Under the pieces are notes generated by a model that did not search any database, was not told the origin of the DNA, and worked only from the letters and a program-made list of their open reading frames with translations. 64,000 bases of DNA from Candidatus Oxydemutatoraceae bacterium (GTDB taxonomy: Bacteria; Pseudomonadota; Gammaproteobacteria; Poriferisulfidales; Oxydemutatoraceae). Positions within the stretch are counted from its first letter, which is position 1. Every line of letters starts with the position of its first letter. Position numbers and translations under genes: made by a program. This document shows, piece by piece, positions 49,697-60,779 of this stretch. The DNA is taken from NCBI GenBank assembly GCA_965220085.1, contig CBDCOZ010000003.1, positions 608,001-672,000 on the forward strand. Reading direction: 5' to 3'.

Positions 49697-50524
49697 TCAG
49701 GTTTTGTGGCGGCGGTATAGCTCCCTGCGCGGTATCCGGCTCAGTTTGGCGGTGATCTTGGCGGCGGTTGTCGGCGGCAGATACGCGCCGAGCACATGCA
49801 ACAACTCGTCGGCGGTGACGGTAATAGAATCCTTGGCTGTGTTGTTGTCGCCCGCAAGCAGCAGAACGAATTCGCCTTTATAGCGCAGTGTGTCTTGGTT
49901 CAGCCAAGCGATGATCTCGGCGATAGCGCCCCGCTTGACGGTTTCGTGGATTTTGGTCAGTTCTTTGCCGAGGCACATAGCGCGATCGGCGCCGAAACTC
50001 GCTTGCATATCCGCCAAGGCGTCGGCCAAGCGATGCGGCGCTTCAAAGAAGATCAATGTTCTGTCTTCCGCGCTCAATGTGCGCAGCCGCTTCAGTCGTT
50101 CGCTGGGACGCGCGGGCAGAAACCCTTCAAATACGAAACGGTCTCCGTCAAAGCCGCAACACGATAGCGCCGCGGGTATCGCGCAGGCGCCGGGCAGCGG
50201 GCTGACGCGAATGTCGTTGCGGTGCGCTTCGTTGACGAGTATCTTGCCGGCATCGCGAATCGCCGGTGTGCCGGCATCGCATATCAGCGCGATGGCGCTT
50301 CCCTCTTGCAGTTGTTTGATGATGCCCGCGCAGCGGTTTGCTTCGTTATGGCGGTGCAGGCTTTTTACCGCGGTCGTGATCGCGTGGTGTTGCAGCAACT
50401 GTCTGCTGGCGCGCGTATCCTCGCATAGGATAAGGTCGGCATCGCGCAACGCTTTGAGGGTTCGCAGGCTGATGTCGCCCAGATTGCCAATCGGGGTGGC
50501 GGCGATATATAGGGTTCCGCTCAT
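49697..50524 (-). CDS. rsmI: 16S rRNA (cytidine1402-2'-O)-methyltransferase
   Basis: LY..ATPIGNL.D, EDTR, DAGTP, GFLP and ELTK.HE motifs. Confidence 0.95.
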   Translation of the reverse strand: MSGTLYIAATPIGNLGDISLRTLKALRDADLILCEDTRASRQLLQHHAITTAVKSLHRHNEANRCAGIIKQLQEGSAIALICDAGTPAIRDAGKILVNEAHRNDIRVSPLPGACAIPAALSCCGFDGDRFVFEGFLPARPSERLKRLRTLSAEDRTLIFFEAPHRLADALADMQASFGADRAMCLGKELTKIHETVKRGAIAEIIAWLNQDTLRYKGEFVLLLAGDNNTAKDSITVTADELLHVLGAYLPPTTAAKITAKLSRIPRRELYRRHKT

Positions 50525-50580
50525 CGTTACCGTGCTGTGTAGTAAAATAGCCCGATTATACTCCGCCGCCACAAGAATGA

Positions 50581-52434
50581 ATGATATTCGTTGATGACAA
50601 CAAACTGCGACTCTATTTTTGCCATGCCGTTTTGGGCTTGGTGTTGTCGTTTTTGACCGGGTGCGCCGAGTTCAATCCGGATGATTTGACGCCGTTGCAG
50701 AAGATACGGATGGAATGGGCGTATGCGCAGGCAGACAGCTTGCTCGATGACGCGGAGTATACGAAAGCGGCCAAGATACTGGCGGATGCCGCGTGGGATT
50801 TGCCGTCGCCGCCGCGCGACCGCATGCAGATCAAGAGCGCGCAGATATTGGCCGAAGGTAATTTTTTGCTGAAGGCGTTTCAGCAACTGAAACGCGTCGA
50901 TGAGACGGCGCTGTCGCCGTCCGAGTTGCTGGAGAAGCGCATCCTTGACGCGCGTTTTTATCGCCAAGCCAATCGCCCCGAGAAGGTGTTGCAGAGTCTG
51001 CCGCCGGCAATCATTGGCGCCGAGGACAAGGAAGCGCAAATCCTCTCGTTTGCGATGCGCGCCGACGCCGCGCTTGCGACCCGCGATTATATCGGCAGCG
51101 TTGAGGCGCGGATACGATTAGACCCGCTGTTGAGCGATGACGAAGCGGATGAAAACATCACCGCTTTGTGGCATGCGTTGGTCGCCGAGAGCCCCGAAAA
51201 GATTGAAGACCGAATCCGCCGCGACGATGCCGGGCGCGCGCTCGACGCATGGCTTGAGTTGGCGCGCTTGGCGACGCCGCGGCAAGTGCGACGGGATGTG
51301 TTGGAGCGACGCTATGCGGACTGGAAAGAGCGCAATGCGTTTCTGAACTCGCCGGCATCGTTGCTGACCTTCCTGCGGCTGCGCTGGGATTATCTCGATT
51401 TCAATCCGCGGCGGGTCTCGTTGTTGCTGCCGTTGACCGGCGATTATGTGCGCGCCGGCAAAGTCATCCGCGACGGTTTTATGCGCGCGTATGACCAGGC
51501 CGAATCGCCGCCCGAGATAAAAATCTATAACACCGATCAGGCAAAGAGCATCACCGAGCTCTATCGCCAAGCGATCGCCGAAGGCACGGACTTGGTCATC
51601 GGGCCTTTGCTGAAAGCGAAAGTGGACGAACTGATCGCCGGCACCGAATTTAGCGTCCCGACAATCGTGTTGAACTATCACTCGCAAAAACATATCAAGC
51701 CGCGCGGCGAGTTGTTTCAATTCGGCTTGTTGCCCGAAGACGACGCGGCGCAGGTGGCGCAGAAGATGATAGAAAAGGGACATGTGTTCGGCATGGTTTT
51801 GGCGCCCGATAGCGAGTGGGGCGCGCGGATGGAGCGGGCGTTTGTCGAGGAGTATCAAAAGCAGGGCGGCGAGATACGCGACATCTTCCGCTACGATCCC
51901 AATTTTTCCGATTATTCCGCGTTTGTGCAGTCGGGGTTGCGGCTTGACGAGAGCCGTCGCCGCCACCGGCGGGCGGAAGAGACCGCCGAGCGCAAGTTGC
52001 GGTTTACGCCCCGCATCCGCGATGACATCACTGCGGCTGCGATGTTTTCAAACTACGAAAACGGCGTGTTGATCTATCCCTTGCTCAAGTTTCATTATGC
52101 CCATGATCTGTCGGTGTTCTCTACTTCGCATATCTATGAGCCGCAGAAAAGCAAACTGCTGCGCGAGTTGGACGGGATGGTCTACTGCGATATTCCGGCG
52201 GTGATAGACGGCATAGAGGAGACCTTTGAAAACAACAGCCATCTGCGCCTGTTTGCGTTGGGCGCGGATGCCTATCGCCTGAGCAGGCTGATTCGCCGGA
52301 TCGCTTTGGGCAATACCAGTTTTGACGGCATGACCGGGCGGATTACGCTGCACAGCAAGCGCCGCTTGTTTAGAAACCTTTCGTGGGCGCGGTTTGAGCG
52401 CGGCCAGCCCGTGAGCCTCGGGCGCGGCTGGTGA
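50581..52434 (+). CDS. lpoA: Penicillin-binding protein activator LpoA/LppC lipoprotein
   Basis: Lipobox LTGC; LLLPLTG, IGPLLK and RLFALGADAY motifs; between rsmI and yraN. Confidence 0.88.
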   Translation: MIFVDDNKLRLYFCHAVLGLVLSFLTGCAEFNPDDLTPLQKIRMEWAYAQADSLLDDAEYTKAAKILADAAWDLPSPPRDRMQIKSAQILAEGNFLLKAFQQLKRVDETALSPSELLEKRILDARFYRQANRPEKVLQSLPPAIIGAEDKEAQILSFAMRADAALATRDYIGSVEARIRLDPLLSDDEADENITALWHALVAESPEKIEDRIRRDDAGRALDAWLELARLATPRQVRRDVLERRYADWKERNAFLNSPASLLTFLRLRWDYLDFNPRRVSLLLPLTGDYVRAGKVIRDGFMRAYDQAESPPEIKIYNTDQAKSITELYRQAIAEGTDLVIGPLLKAKVDELIAGTEFSVPTIVLNYHSQKHIKPRGELFQFGLLPEDDAAQVAQKMIEKGHVFGMVLAPDSEWGARMERAFVEEYQKQGGEIRDIFRYDPNFSDYSAFVQSGLRLDESRRRHRRAEETAERKLRFTPRIRDDITAAAMFSNYENGVLIYPLLKFHYAHDLSVFSTSHIYEPQKSKLLRELDGMVYCDIPAVIDGIEETFENNSHLRLFALGADAYRLSRLIRRIALGNTSFDGMTGRITLHSKRRLFRNLSWARFERGQPVSLGRGW

Positions 52435-52790
52435 AGGGCGCGCGCGTATCCGGTTCCGATGCGGAAGCTGTCGCCTTGCGCTACCTGCAAGGGCGCGGCC
52501 TGAAACTTATCGCGCGCAATTATGCGACCCGTTACGGCGAGATAGATTTGATCATGCGCGAGCGGGCGACGGCGGTGTTTGTCGAAGTCCGGATGCGCAA
52601 GCAGCGGGCGTTCGGCCACGCCGCGGAGACGATCGACCGGCACAAACGCAAGCGTCTGATCATGACCGCGGACAGTTGGATACAAGAGCATGAGTTCAAA
52701 GGCGATTGCCGTTTTGATGTGGTCGCGGTAGACGGCGGCGCCGCGCCGCGTTGGTTGCGCAACGCCTTTGAATACAATGGTGAGATATAA
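52431..52790 (+). CDS. yraN: YraN family endonuclease-like protein (UPF0102)
   Basis: RNY..R.GEIDLI, VFVEV and CRFDVV motifs. Confidence 0.92.
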   Translation: MKGARVSGSDAEAVALRYLQGRGLKLIARNYATRYGEIDLIMRERATAVFVEVRMRKQRAFGHAAETIDRHKRKRLIMTADSWIQEHEFKGDCRFDVVAVDGGAAPRWLRNAFEYNGEI

Positions 52791-52811
52791 TCTCCGATTA
52801 GCGGATTTTGA

Positions 52812-53414
<603 letters not shown>

Positions 53415-53418
53415 AGCG

Positions 53419-54807
53419 GTGCCGGTTGCGGATACGGTCATCGATGCGTTGCGTTCTGTTTGTGATCGCGAGCGGGTGACGGATTCGGCGGCCGAATGCT
53501 GGGTCTATGGCAATGACAATAGCCAACTTCACGCGCCGCCCGATGCGGTCGTATTTCCGCAGAGTCATGACGAGGTGTTGCAGATCGTGCGCATTTGTCG
53601 CAAGCATCGTGTGCCGATTACCCCCAGAGGACGCGGCACCGGAACGACCGGCGCGGCGACCGCGCCTCTGGGCGGCGTGATGATTTCGTTTGAGAAAATG
53701 GATCGCATTCTGGAGTTGAACAGCGCTAATCGCACCCTGCGTGTGCAGCCGGGCGTAATCAACCGCGATGCGCAGACGTATTGCGAACCGCACGGTTTGT
53801 TTTGGCCGCCGGATCCCGGCAGTTCGGCGTATTGCAGTATCGGCGGCAACCTCGCTTGTAATTCCGCCGGGCCGCACACCTTGAAGTACGGCAGCACGCG
53901 CGACAATACGCTGCAAGTGAAGGCGGTCAGCGGCGCCGGCGAGACTTTGGTCTGCGGGGCGATAACGAGCAAGAGCGTGGTCGGGCTTGATCTGGCGCGC
54001 TTGTTGGTCGGCTCCGAGGGTATTCTCGCTGTGATTACCGAAGCCGTGCTCAAACTGAGCGTGATACCCGAGAAGCGGCTGGTGATGCGGGCAGATTTTG
54101 CGTCGGTGGCGCGCGCGGCCGATGCGATATGCGCGATCATGAGCCGCTCGCAGATGGTGTGCGCGTTGGAATTGATGGACGATGTGTGTGTCGGGCTGTT
54201 GCGCAAGCATTCAAGCCAGACTTTGTCGCCGCAGACACAGGCGGTCTTGATCGTTGAGATAGACGGCGGTCGTTGCGCCGCGGATGAGGCGGCGCAAGCG
54301 GTGCGACAGATTCTTGAAGACTACGATCCGGTCGCCGTGGCGGCGGCGGACGATGCGCAAAGCGCGGATGATCTGTGGGCGGCGCGCAAAGATTTGTCGC
54401 CGACACTGAGGAATCATAAGCCGCTCAAGATCAGCGAGGATGTCGTTGTTCCGGTATCGGAACTGACCGAGTTTGTCGCGGGGATACAAAAGGTTGCGGA
54501 TAGCTATCGGGTGTGCATCGCTAATTTCGGTCACGCCGGCAATGGCAATTTGCATGTCAATGTGTTGTACGATCGCGGACAGGAGGAGGCGGCGCAGAAG
54601 GCGATTGAGGACGTCTTCGCGCTGGCCATTGCCAAGCAGGGAAGCATTTCCGGAGAGCACGGCATCGGGCTGAACAAGTTGGATTTTGTTTCTTTGGAGA
54701 TCGAGCCCGCGACCCTCGCTTTGATGCATCAGATCAAGCGGGCGTTTGATCCGGACAATATCCTCAACGGCAACAAAACATTGCCGGAGCCGGCACCCGC
54801 CAGATGA
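53419..54807 (+). CDS. FAD-linked oxidase, GlcD / D-lactate dehydrogenase family
   Basis: PRGRGTG, PPDP, IGGN, GSEG.L, GHAGNGNLH and GEHGIG motifs. Confidence 0.9.
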   Translation: MPVADTVIDALRSVCDRERVTDSAAECWVYGNDNSQLHAPPDAVVFPQSHDEVLQIVRICRKHRVPITPRGRGTGTTGAATAPLGGVMISFEKMDRILELNSANRTLRVQPGVINRDAQTYCEPHGLFWPPDPGSSAYCSIGGNLACNSAGPHTLKYGSTRDNTLQVKAVSGAGETLVCGAITSKSVVGLDLARLLVGSEGILAVITEAVLKLSVIPEKRLVMRADFASVARAADAICAIMSRSQMVCALELMDDVCVGLLRKHSSQTLSPQTQAVLIVEIDGGRCAADEAAQAVRQILEDYDPVAVAAADDAQSADDLWAARKDLSPTLRNHKPLKISEDVVVPVSELTEFVAGIQKVADSYRVCIANFGHAGNGNLHVNVLYDRGQEEAAQKAIEDVFALAIAKQGSISGEHGIGLNKLDFVSLEIEPATLALMHQIKRAFDPDNILNGNKTLPEPAPAR

Positions 54808-55126
54808 CCCGGTGGCTCAGGCACGGGAAGGAGTTGCGCAGGCGCGCTTGTTCGGTCAAATCTATGGTGGCAACGGCAACGCCAGATGACCCGGTGGCTC
54901 AGGCACGGGAAGGAGTTGCGCAGGCGCGCTTGTTCGGTCAAATCTATGGCGGCAACGGCAACGCCAGATGACCCGGTGGTTCAGGCACGGGAAGGAGTTG
55001 CGCAGACGCGTCTGTTCGGTCAAATCTATGGTGACAACGGCAAGCGCTAGATAACCCGGTGGCTCAGGCACGGGAAGGAGTTGCGCAGGCGCGCCTGTTC
55101 GGTCAAATCTATGGTGACAACGGCAA
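54799..55126. repeat. 4 x 82-bp tandem repeat of the nitrilase 3' end
   Basis: Units start near 54801, 54883, 54965 and 55048; the last is the coding copy. Confidence 0.93.
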
Positions 55127-55895
55127 CCGCTTCGTTTTGATCTTCAAGTTGTTGTATCACCGTGCCCCAAGGATCGACCGCCATGCTGTGGCCGTAGGTC
55201 TTTTTGCCGTTGGCGTGGGTTCCGTTCTGTCCGGCGCCGAGCAACCAAGTTTGATTTTCAATGGCGCGGGCGCGTAACAACACCCGCCAGTGTGCCGCGC
55301 CGGTAAGAGCCGTGAAAGCCGACGGCAGGGAGACGACCTCGGCGCCCTGTTCGCTCATCAGACGGAACAATTCGGGGAAGCGCAGGTCATAGCAAACCGC
55401 CATCCCGAGTTTTGCGAACGGCGTCTCCGCAACGACAGGTCGGTGACCGGCGGCAAAGATTTTTGACTCGTGATAGCTGGCGGCGCCGTTTGGCAACTCC
55501 ACATCAAACAGATGGATTTTGTGATAGGCCGCCCGTTGCGCGCCGTTGTCGTCAAACAATATGGACGCAGCGGATACTTTGTTGTCGCTGCGCATATCGG
55601 ACGGCGTTGTCGGTATCGTGCCGGCGACTATCCAGACGCCGAGTTGTTGCGCGACTTGCGCTATGAAATCTTGAATGCGCCCGCCGCCGGCCTGTTCCGC
55701 AATGCCAAGCTGTTTGTCATCCGACGACCCCATGCATGCGAAGGTCTCCGGCAATACGACCAACTGCGCGCCTTGTTCGGCGGCGGATGTGATCAGCGTT
55801 TTGCCGCGGTTTAGGTTTGATTGCACGTCTTCCCCGGAGTTCATCTGTATCACCGCGCATTTGAACGGGGTTCGTTTTGTTGTCGAAGTAGTCAT
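55047..55895 (-). CDS. Carbon-nitrogen hydrolase, Nit1-like (probable deaminated glutathione amidase)
   Basis: LPE, YHKIHLFDV, CYDLRFPE, HW..LLRARAIENQ and GHSM..DPWG motifs. Confidence 0.92.
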   Translation of the reverse strand: MTTSTTKRTPFKCAVIQMNSGEDVQSNLNRGKTLITSAAEQGAQLVVLPETFACMGSSDDKQLGIAEQAGGGRIQDFIAQVAQQLGVWIVAGTIPTTPSDMRSDNKVSAASILFDDNGAQRAAYHKIHLFDVELPNGAASYHESKIFAAGHRPVVAETPFAKLGMAVCYDLRFPELFRLMSEQGAEVVSLPSAFTALTGAAHWRVLLRARAIENQTWLLGAGQNGTHANGKKTYGHSMAVDPWGTVIQQLEDQNEAVAVVTIDLTEQARLRNSFPCLSHRVI

Positions 55896-55896
55896 C

Positions 55897-56724
55897 TTAT
55901 TCTCTCCATTGCATGATGCGGTTTGAAAAATGTTTGCAGAGCGCGCCTGTCTGTCCGTCGCCTATCGTCGTGTTATCGATCCGAGTCACCGGCACTATAT
56001 CCTTGGTGGAACTGGTCAGCCAAACTTCGTCCGCGGCAAAGAGCTCATCCTTTTTGACTTGGCGCTCAACACAGGCAACGTTCTCCCGCTCGGCTATCTC
56101 GATCACCGCCGCGCGGGTGATGCCGGGCAGGATGCGGCGGTTCAGAGCGGGTGTTGCAATCGCGTTGTCTTTGATAACAAACACCGTGCTCGCCGCACCC
56201 TCCGACACATATCCGTCGTTGGTGATGATGGCTTCGTAAGCGCCTTGTTCTTGCGCATCCTGTCGCATCAGGACGTTGGCGAGCAGATTGACAGATTTTA
56301 TATCGCAGCGTTGCCAGCGGGTATCTTCGGTCGTGATTGCCGCCACCCCCGACGGCGCTTGGGCTGCCGGTTCCATCCGCATCGTCATCATGAACACCGT
56401 CGGGGTCGTCGCAAGCGATGAGACGTGGTCGCGCGGAGCGACGCCGCGGGTGATTTGCAGGTAGATGGCGAGGGTGCGCAAGCCGGATTGTTCGATCAGC
56501 CGGTCGGTCAACTGCCGCCATTGTTCGGCGGTGTGCGGGTTGGCGATACGGATTTCTTGCAGGCTATAGTCGAGCCGCCGCAGGTGCGCTTCGTAACGGA
56601 ATATGCGCCCGCCGTATGCCGGCATCACTTCGTATACGCCGTCGCCAAAGAGAAACCCGCGGTCGAGCGGGTTGATATGACATTCGCTCAATTCGCAAAA
56701 TTCTCCGTTGAGGTATGCGATCAT
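55897..56724 (-). CDS. dat: D-amino acid aminotransferase (class IV)
   Basis: DRGFLFGDGVYE, YLQITRG, DIKS.NLL and ILPGITR motifs. Confidence 0.88.
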   Translation of the reverse strand: MIAYLNGEFCELSECHINPLDRGFLFGDGVYEVMPAYGGRIFRYEAHLRRLDYSLQEIRIANPHTAEQWRQLTDRLIEQSGLRTLAIYLQITRGVAPRDHVSSLATTPTVFMMTMRMEPAAQAPSGVAAITTEDTRWQRCDIKSVNLLANVLMRQDAQEQGAYEAIITNDGYVSEGAASTVFVIKDNAIATPALNRRILPGITRAAVIEIAERENVACVERQVKKDELFAADEVWLTSSTKDIVPVTRIDNTTIGDGQTGALCKHFSNRIMQWRE

Positions 56725-57851
56725 TGAAACAAGCGCAGGAAGCTGTCGCCGATGCGGGAAAATATTCCCCCCTCGGGGACATCTTGCAGGGATATCAGAG
56801 GGCGTTCGTCCAGCAGCTCGTCGGCGAGGAATACGCGCACCGTGCCGAGCGCGGTGTCTTTCTTCAGCGGCGCGTCCGCATTGCTGTCAATGGTGATTTC
56901 CGCTTTCAATTTGTTCTCGGAATTCTTCGGGAAGGCGACATAGATGTCTTCGGCGATTCCGAGTTGCGCGTGATCGGTCTCGCCGCCCCAGACGCGTATT
57001 TTTGCGAGTTCGTCTCCGGCTCTGAGCAAGCGTTTGCTGCGGTAGAAGCGGAAGCCGTAGCGCAGCAATTCCGCCGTATTGTTAAAGCGTCTCTTGTCGC
57101 TGTCGTCGCCCAGAATGACCGTGATCAGGCGCATGCCGTCTTGTTGCGCCGACGCGGCGAGACAGTAGCCGGCATTTTTGGTGTGGCCGGTTTTCAATCC
57201 GTCCACCCCGAGGTTGCGCCACAGCAGGCGGTTGCGGTTGCGTTGGGTGATGTTGTTGTAGGTATAGCCGCGCTCGGAATAGGTCCGATAGTGGCCGGGA
57301 AAATCCATAATCAGCGCCCGGCTCAGCAATGCCATATCGCGCGCGCTGGAAGCATGACCGTCCGCGGGCAAGCCGGTGGTGTTCTCAAAATGGGAATTTT
57401 TCATGCCGAGTCTTTGGGCTTGCACGTTCATCAGGTCGACAAAAGCGTCTTCGGAACCGGCGATGTGTTCGGCCAAGGCGATGCTGGCATCGTTGCCCGA
57501 TTGAATCACGATGCCGGAAATCAACACCGACAAAGGCACTTTTTTACCCGCTTCTACGAAGGTTCTGGAACCTTGCGCGCGCCATGCCTTGGCGCTGATG
57601 GTCACTTCGTCCTCTATGCCGACTATGCCTTCCGCTAACGCCTGATAGGCGACATAGGCGGTCATCAGTTTGGTCAGGCTCGCGGGTTCGTAACGGGCAT
57701 CCGCATCCTCTTCTGCCAGCGCTCGGCCGCTGTTGTAGTCCATGACGATATAGCTTTTGGCCGAGAGGTCGGGAGGGGGCGGCAGCCATTGATTGGCCGT
57801 TGCCGCCGACGGCACGAGCAAAGCCAGAACACAGAAAAGCCGTTTCATCAT
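56721..57851 (-). CDS. dacA: D-alanyl-D-alanine carboxypeptidase (PBP5/6)
   Basis: SLTK, SGN and KTG motifs; signal peptide. Confidence 0.93.
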   Translation of the reverse strand: MMKRLFCVLALLVPSAATANQWLPPPPDLSAKSYIVMDYNSGRALAEEDADARYEPASLTKLMTAYVAYQALAEGIVGIEDEVTISAKAWRAQGSRTFVEAGKKVPLSVLISGIVIQSGNDASIALAEHIAGSEDAFVDLMNVQAQRLGMKNSHFENTTGLPADGHASSARDMALLSRALIMDFPGHYRTYSERGYTYNNITQRNRNRLLWRNLGVDGLKTGHTKNAGYCLAASAQQDGMRLITVILGDDSDKRRFNNTAELLRYGFRFYRSKRLLRAGDELAKIRVWGGETDHAQLGIAEDIYVAFPKNSENKLKAEITIDSNADAPLKKDTALGTVRVFLADELLDERPLISLQDVPEGGIFSRIGDSFLRLFQ

Positions 57852-58663
57852 CGGTTCATCACCTTATAGCCGCGATAACCAAAACGGTCGAGAGCCGTCT
57901 TCGCTCGCTCCAGTTCCAGAGTGCGATGCAACGGCCCGATGCGCACCCGATGCAGGCTTTTTTGTTGGCGCGCATCGCGGGCGATAAATGCTTTCAGGTT
58001 TTTTGCTTTTAGTTTCTTTACCAGATCGTTCGCATAGGCCTTGCTGTTGTAGGCGGCGACCTGTATGTAAGCAATGTTTTGCGCGATCCGGTGTTGCTCG
58101 GCGGGGACTCTGATCACTTCCATGTTTACCGGCACGACGCCGGCGTCCACCATGTCAAGCGCTTTGGCGGCGGCGTAGGACAGATCAATGATTCGCTTGT
58201 GACGAAAAGGGCCGCGGTCGTTGACCCGCGCGATGACCTCGCGCCCGTTTTTCAGGTTGGTGACTTTGACATAAGAGGGCAACGGCAGGCTTTTGTGCGC
58301 CGCGGTCAATTTGTGCATGTCAAATGTTTCGCGGTTGGACGTCAGGCGGTTGTGGAATTTCTTTCCGTACCACGATGCCAGACCTTGTTCGCTGTGACCC
58401 ACGCGCGCCGGCTTTACTTCGTAGCGTTTGTTCTTGACGGTGTAAAACTGTTTGTTGCCGTAATCGGACAACTTTTCGGGTTTGACGACCGCCCGCTTTT
58501 TGATCGGCGGCGGGAGCGCCGACGAGGTGACGGCGGTATTGATATGAGCGATAGTGCGGTTGCTCGGAACATTGGCACAACCCGTCGCTAGCGCGGCGAG
58601 CAGGGGGGCCAGAACCCCCAAGCGCAACATCTTCAACTCTGTTTTTGACATGAGCGTTCGCAT
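57848..58663 (-). CDS. rlpA: Septal ring lytic transglycosylase RlpA
   Basis: Lipobox LATGC; ASWYG, TAAHKSLP and VNDRGPF..RIIDLS motifs; SPOR domain. Confidence 0.93.
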   Translation of the reverse strand: MRTLMSKTELKMLRLGVLAPLLAALATGCANVPSNRTIAHINTAVTSSALPPPIKKRAVVKPEKLSDYGNKQFYTVKNKRYEVKPARVGHSEQGLASWYGKKFHNRLTSNRETFDMHKLTAAHKSLPLPSYVKVTNLKNGREVIARVNDRGPFRHKRIIDLSYAAAKALDMVDAGVVPVNMEVIRVPAEQHRIAQNIAYIQVAAYNSKAYANDLVKKLKAKNLKAFIARDARQQKSLHRVRIGPLHRTLELERAKTALDRFGYRGYKVMNR

Positions 58664-58665
58664 CG

Positions 58666-59652
58666 CTAGTGACGGTTTCTTCTGATTTCGCGGCTCAACT
58701 GGTAAACCGCCATCGCGTAACGGCGGCTGTGGTTGTAGCGGCTGATGACATAGAAGTTGTGGTAGCCCGCCCATACGTCGATATGCCCCTCTTTTGCTTG
58801 CATTCCGATAAGCGAAAAAGTGTCCTCTTGCGGGCGGAAGTCGTGGCTTGTGATGCCGTAATGGCTGAGGTCTGTCAGGGATAACCACGGCGTCAGTTTT
58901 TTGTTGAGGAGTTTGTCAAGTTGCGCCCCTTCGAGGTCGACCCTTTCGGTAATCGGCGCATCGGGCGCCCAGCCGTGACGGGCGATGTAATTGGCGATGC
59001 TGCCCATGATATCGGCGGGGCTGTTCCACAGATCGCGCGCGCCGTCGTCGTCAAAGTCCACCGCATATGCGCGATAACTGCTGGAGATAAATTGTCCGAC
59101 TCCCATCGCTCCGCCGTGAGAGCCTTTGATCTTTTGACATTCAAAATTTTCCTCGCGGCACAATAGCAAGAACTGGGTCAACTCGCCGCGAAAGAAGTCG
59201 CTTCGCCGCGGATAATCAAACCCGAGTGTGACCAGCGTATCCAGTATCGGAAATTTGCCGGTAATCGTGCCGTAGAAGGTTTCCACCCCAATCAAGGAGA
59301 CGATGATTTCGGGCGGCACTTGGTAGTGTTCGGCTGCTTTTTTAATCAAGGCATCGTTTTTGTGCCAGAAGATGATGCCTTTGCTGATGCGCTCTGGGGT
59401 CAGAAAAATATCGCGATATTCGTGCCAGGGCTTGGCTTCCGCCGGTTTGTCCAGGGTTTTGATCGCCAGCGTTTGTTTGTTTGCGGCGCCGATAAGGCGT
59501 TCGATGGCGTCGCGCTCAAAGGCGTATTGCTCGACGATCTCGTCGATATAGGCGCGCACATCCGCGCGTTCCGCATAGTTGCCATCGGCGAGCGCAAACG
59601 GCGCGAAGGCGAGCGCATAGAGCAATAAGATATAAGTTTTCATGCCATTCAT
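58666..59652 (-). CDS. mltB: Lytic murein transglycosylase B
   Basis: IGVET.YG, GS..GAMG..QF..SSY...AVDFD.DG and YNHS..YA motifs. Confidence 0.93.
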   Translation of the reverse strand: MNGMKTYILLLYALAFAPFALADGNYAERADVRAYIDEIVEQYAFERDAIERLIGAANKQTLAIKTLDKPAEAKPWHEYRDIFLTPERISKGIIFWHKNDALIKKAAEHYQVPPEIIVSLIGVETFYGTITGKFPILDTLVTLGFDYPRRSDFFRGELTQFLLLCREENFECQKIKGSHGGAMGVGQFISSSYRAYAVDFDDDGARDLWNSPADIMGSIANYIARHGWAPDAPITERVDLEGAQLDKLLNKKLTPWLSLTDLSHYGITSHDFRPQEDTFSLIGMQAKEGHIDVWAGYHNFYVISRYNHSRRYAMAVYQLSREIRRNRH

Positions 59653-60779
59653 CCCATCATCGGGCGGTGTTTCGCAATGGCGGCCAAGATGCCAAATGAT
59701 GCCAGCAGGGTCGCTGTCGCAGTGCCTCCGTAACTGAACAAGGGCAGGGTTAATCCGACCACGGGCAATAGCCCGCTGACCATTGCGATATTGACTATAA
59801 AGTATACCGCAAACGAGAAGGTGATGGTACCCGCAAGCAACCAGCAAAAATTATCCGAGGCGCGCATGGTGATGATGACACAGCGCGCACAGATGAGCAC
59901 ATACAGCAAGATCAATGCGCAGACACCCGCAAACCCCGTTTGTTCGGCGAAGGTGGAGAAAATAAAATCGGTCGAGTGTTCGGGGATAAAACCGAGTTGT
60001 ACCTGAGTGCCGTTGCCCCATCCTTTGCCCCACAGTCCGCCCGAGCCGATGGCAATTTTTGATTGGATGATGTGGTAGCCGGCGCCGAGCGGATCGTTTT
60101 CCGGATTGAGAAAAGCCAATGCGCGCAGGCGTTGGTAATCGTGCAGCGTATGCCATACCCACGGCGCCGAAGCGAAGAGCGCGACGAATGCGGAGCCGAT
60201 CCAATACCACGATATGCCGGCGAGGAAGAGCGCGAATGCGCCGCCGACGGCTATCAGCAGCGCGGTGCCGAGGTCCGGTTGCAACACGACCAGCGTCACG
60301 GGCAGCGCGATCAGCGTCATCGCCGCCGCCATGCGCAGCCCGCTGTTTTTGCTTTCGTACTGACCGGCGAGGATTGAACACACCATCAGCGGCGTTGTGA
60401 TCTTCAGAATCTCGGACGGTTGAAAGCGCACCAGCCAGATGTCCAGCCAGCGTTGCGCGCCTTTGCTGATTTCTCCGGCTGCCAGCACCAGCAATAGCAA
60501 AACCACTCCGACGAAGTACAGGATAGGCGACCAACGGCGGTAGCTTGTGATCGGAATCGCCGCCAGGACAAACATCAGGCCGAAGCCGATTGCGAGCCGA
60601 TTGGCGTGGCGCGCCAGTATTGCCTCGCCGTGTGCGCTCGCGCTGTAGATCGTCAGCAATCCGGTAATCGCTAACAGCAGTATCAGCACAAACATCGTCC
60701 GATCGACCGTGAGTCGTCGGATACCGTGCGGCAACGCGCCGTCAAACCTGTTTGCTTCACGGACTAACATCGCGCTCAT
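59649..60779 (-). CDS. rodA: Rod shape-determining protein RodA
   Basis: GAQRW, QPSE, QPDLGT, QSKIAIGSGG, PE.STDFIF and SYGG motifs; start uncertain. Confidence 0.95.
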   Translation of the reverse strand: MSAMLVREANRFDGALPHGIRRLTVDRTMFVLILLLAITGLLTIYSASAHGEAILARHANRLAIGFGLMFVLAAIPITSYRRWSPILYFVGVVLLLLVLAAGEISKGAQRWLDIWLVRFQPSEILKITTPLMVCSILAGQYESKNSGLRMAAAMTLIALPVTLVVLQPDLGTALLIAVGGAFALFLAGISWYWIGSAFVALFASAPWVWHTLHDYQRLRALAFLNPENDPLGAGYHIIQSKIAIGSGGLWGKGWGNGTQVQLGFIPEHSTDFIFSTFAEQTGFAGVCALILLYVLICARCVIITMRASDNFCWLLAGTITFSFAVYFIVNIAMVSGLLPVVGLTLPLFSYGGTATATLLASFGILAAIAKHRPMMG

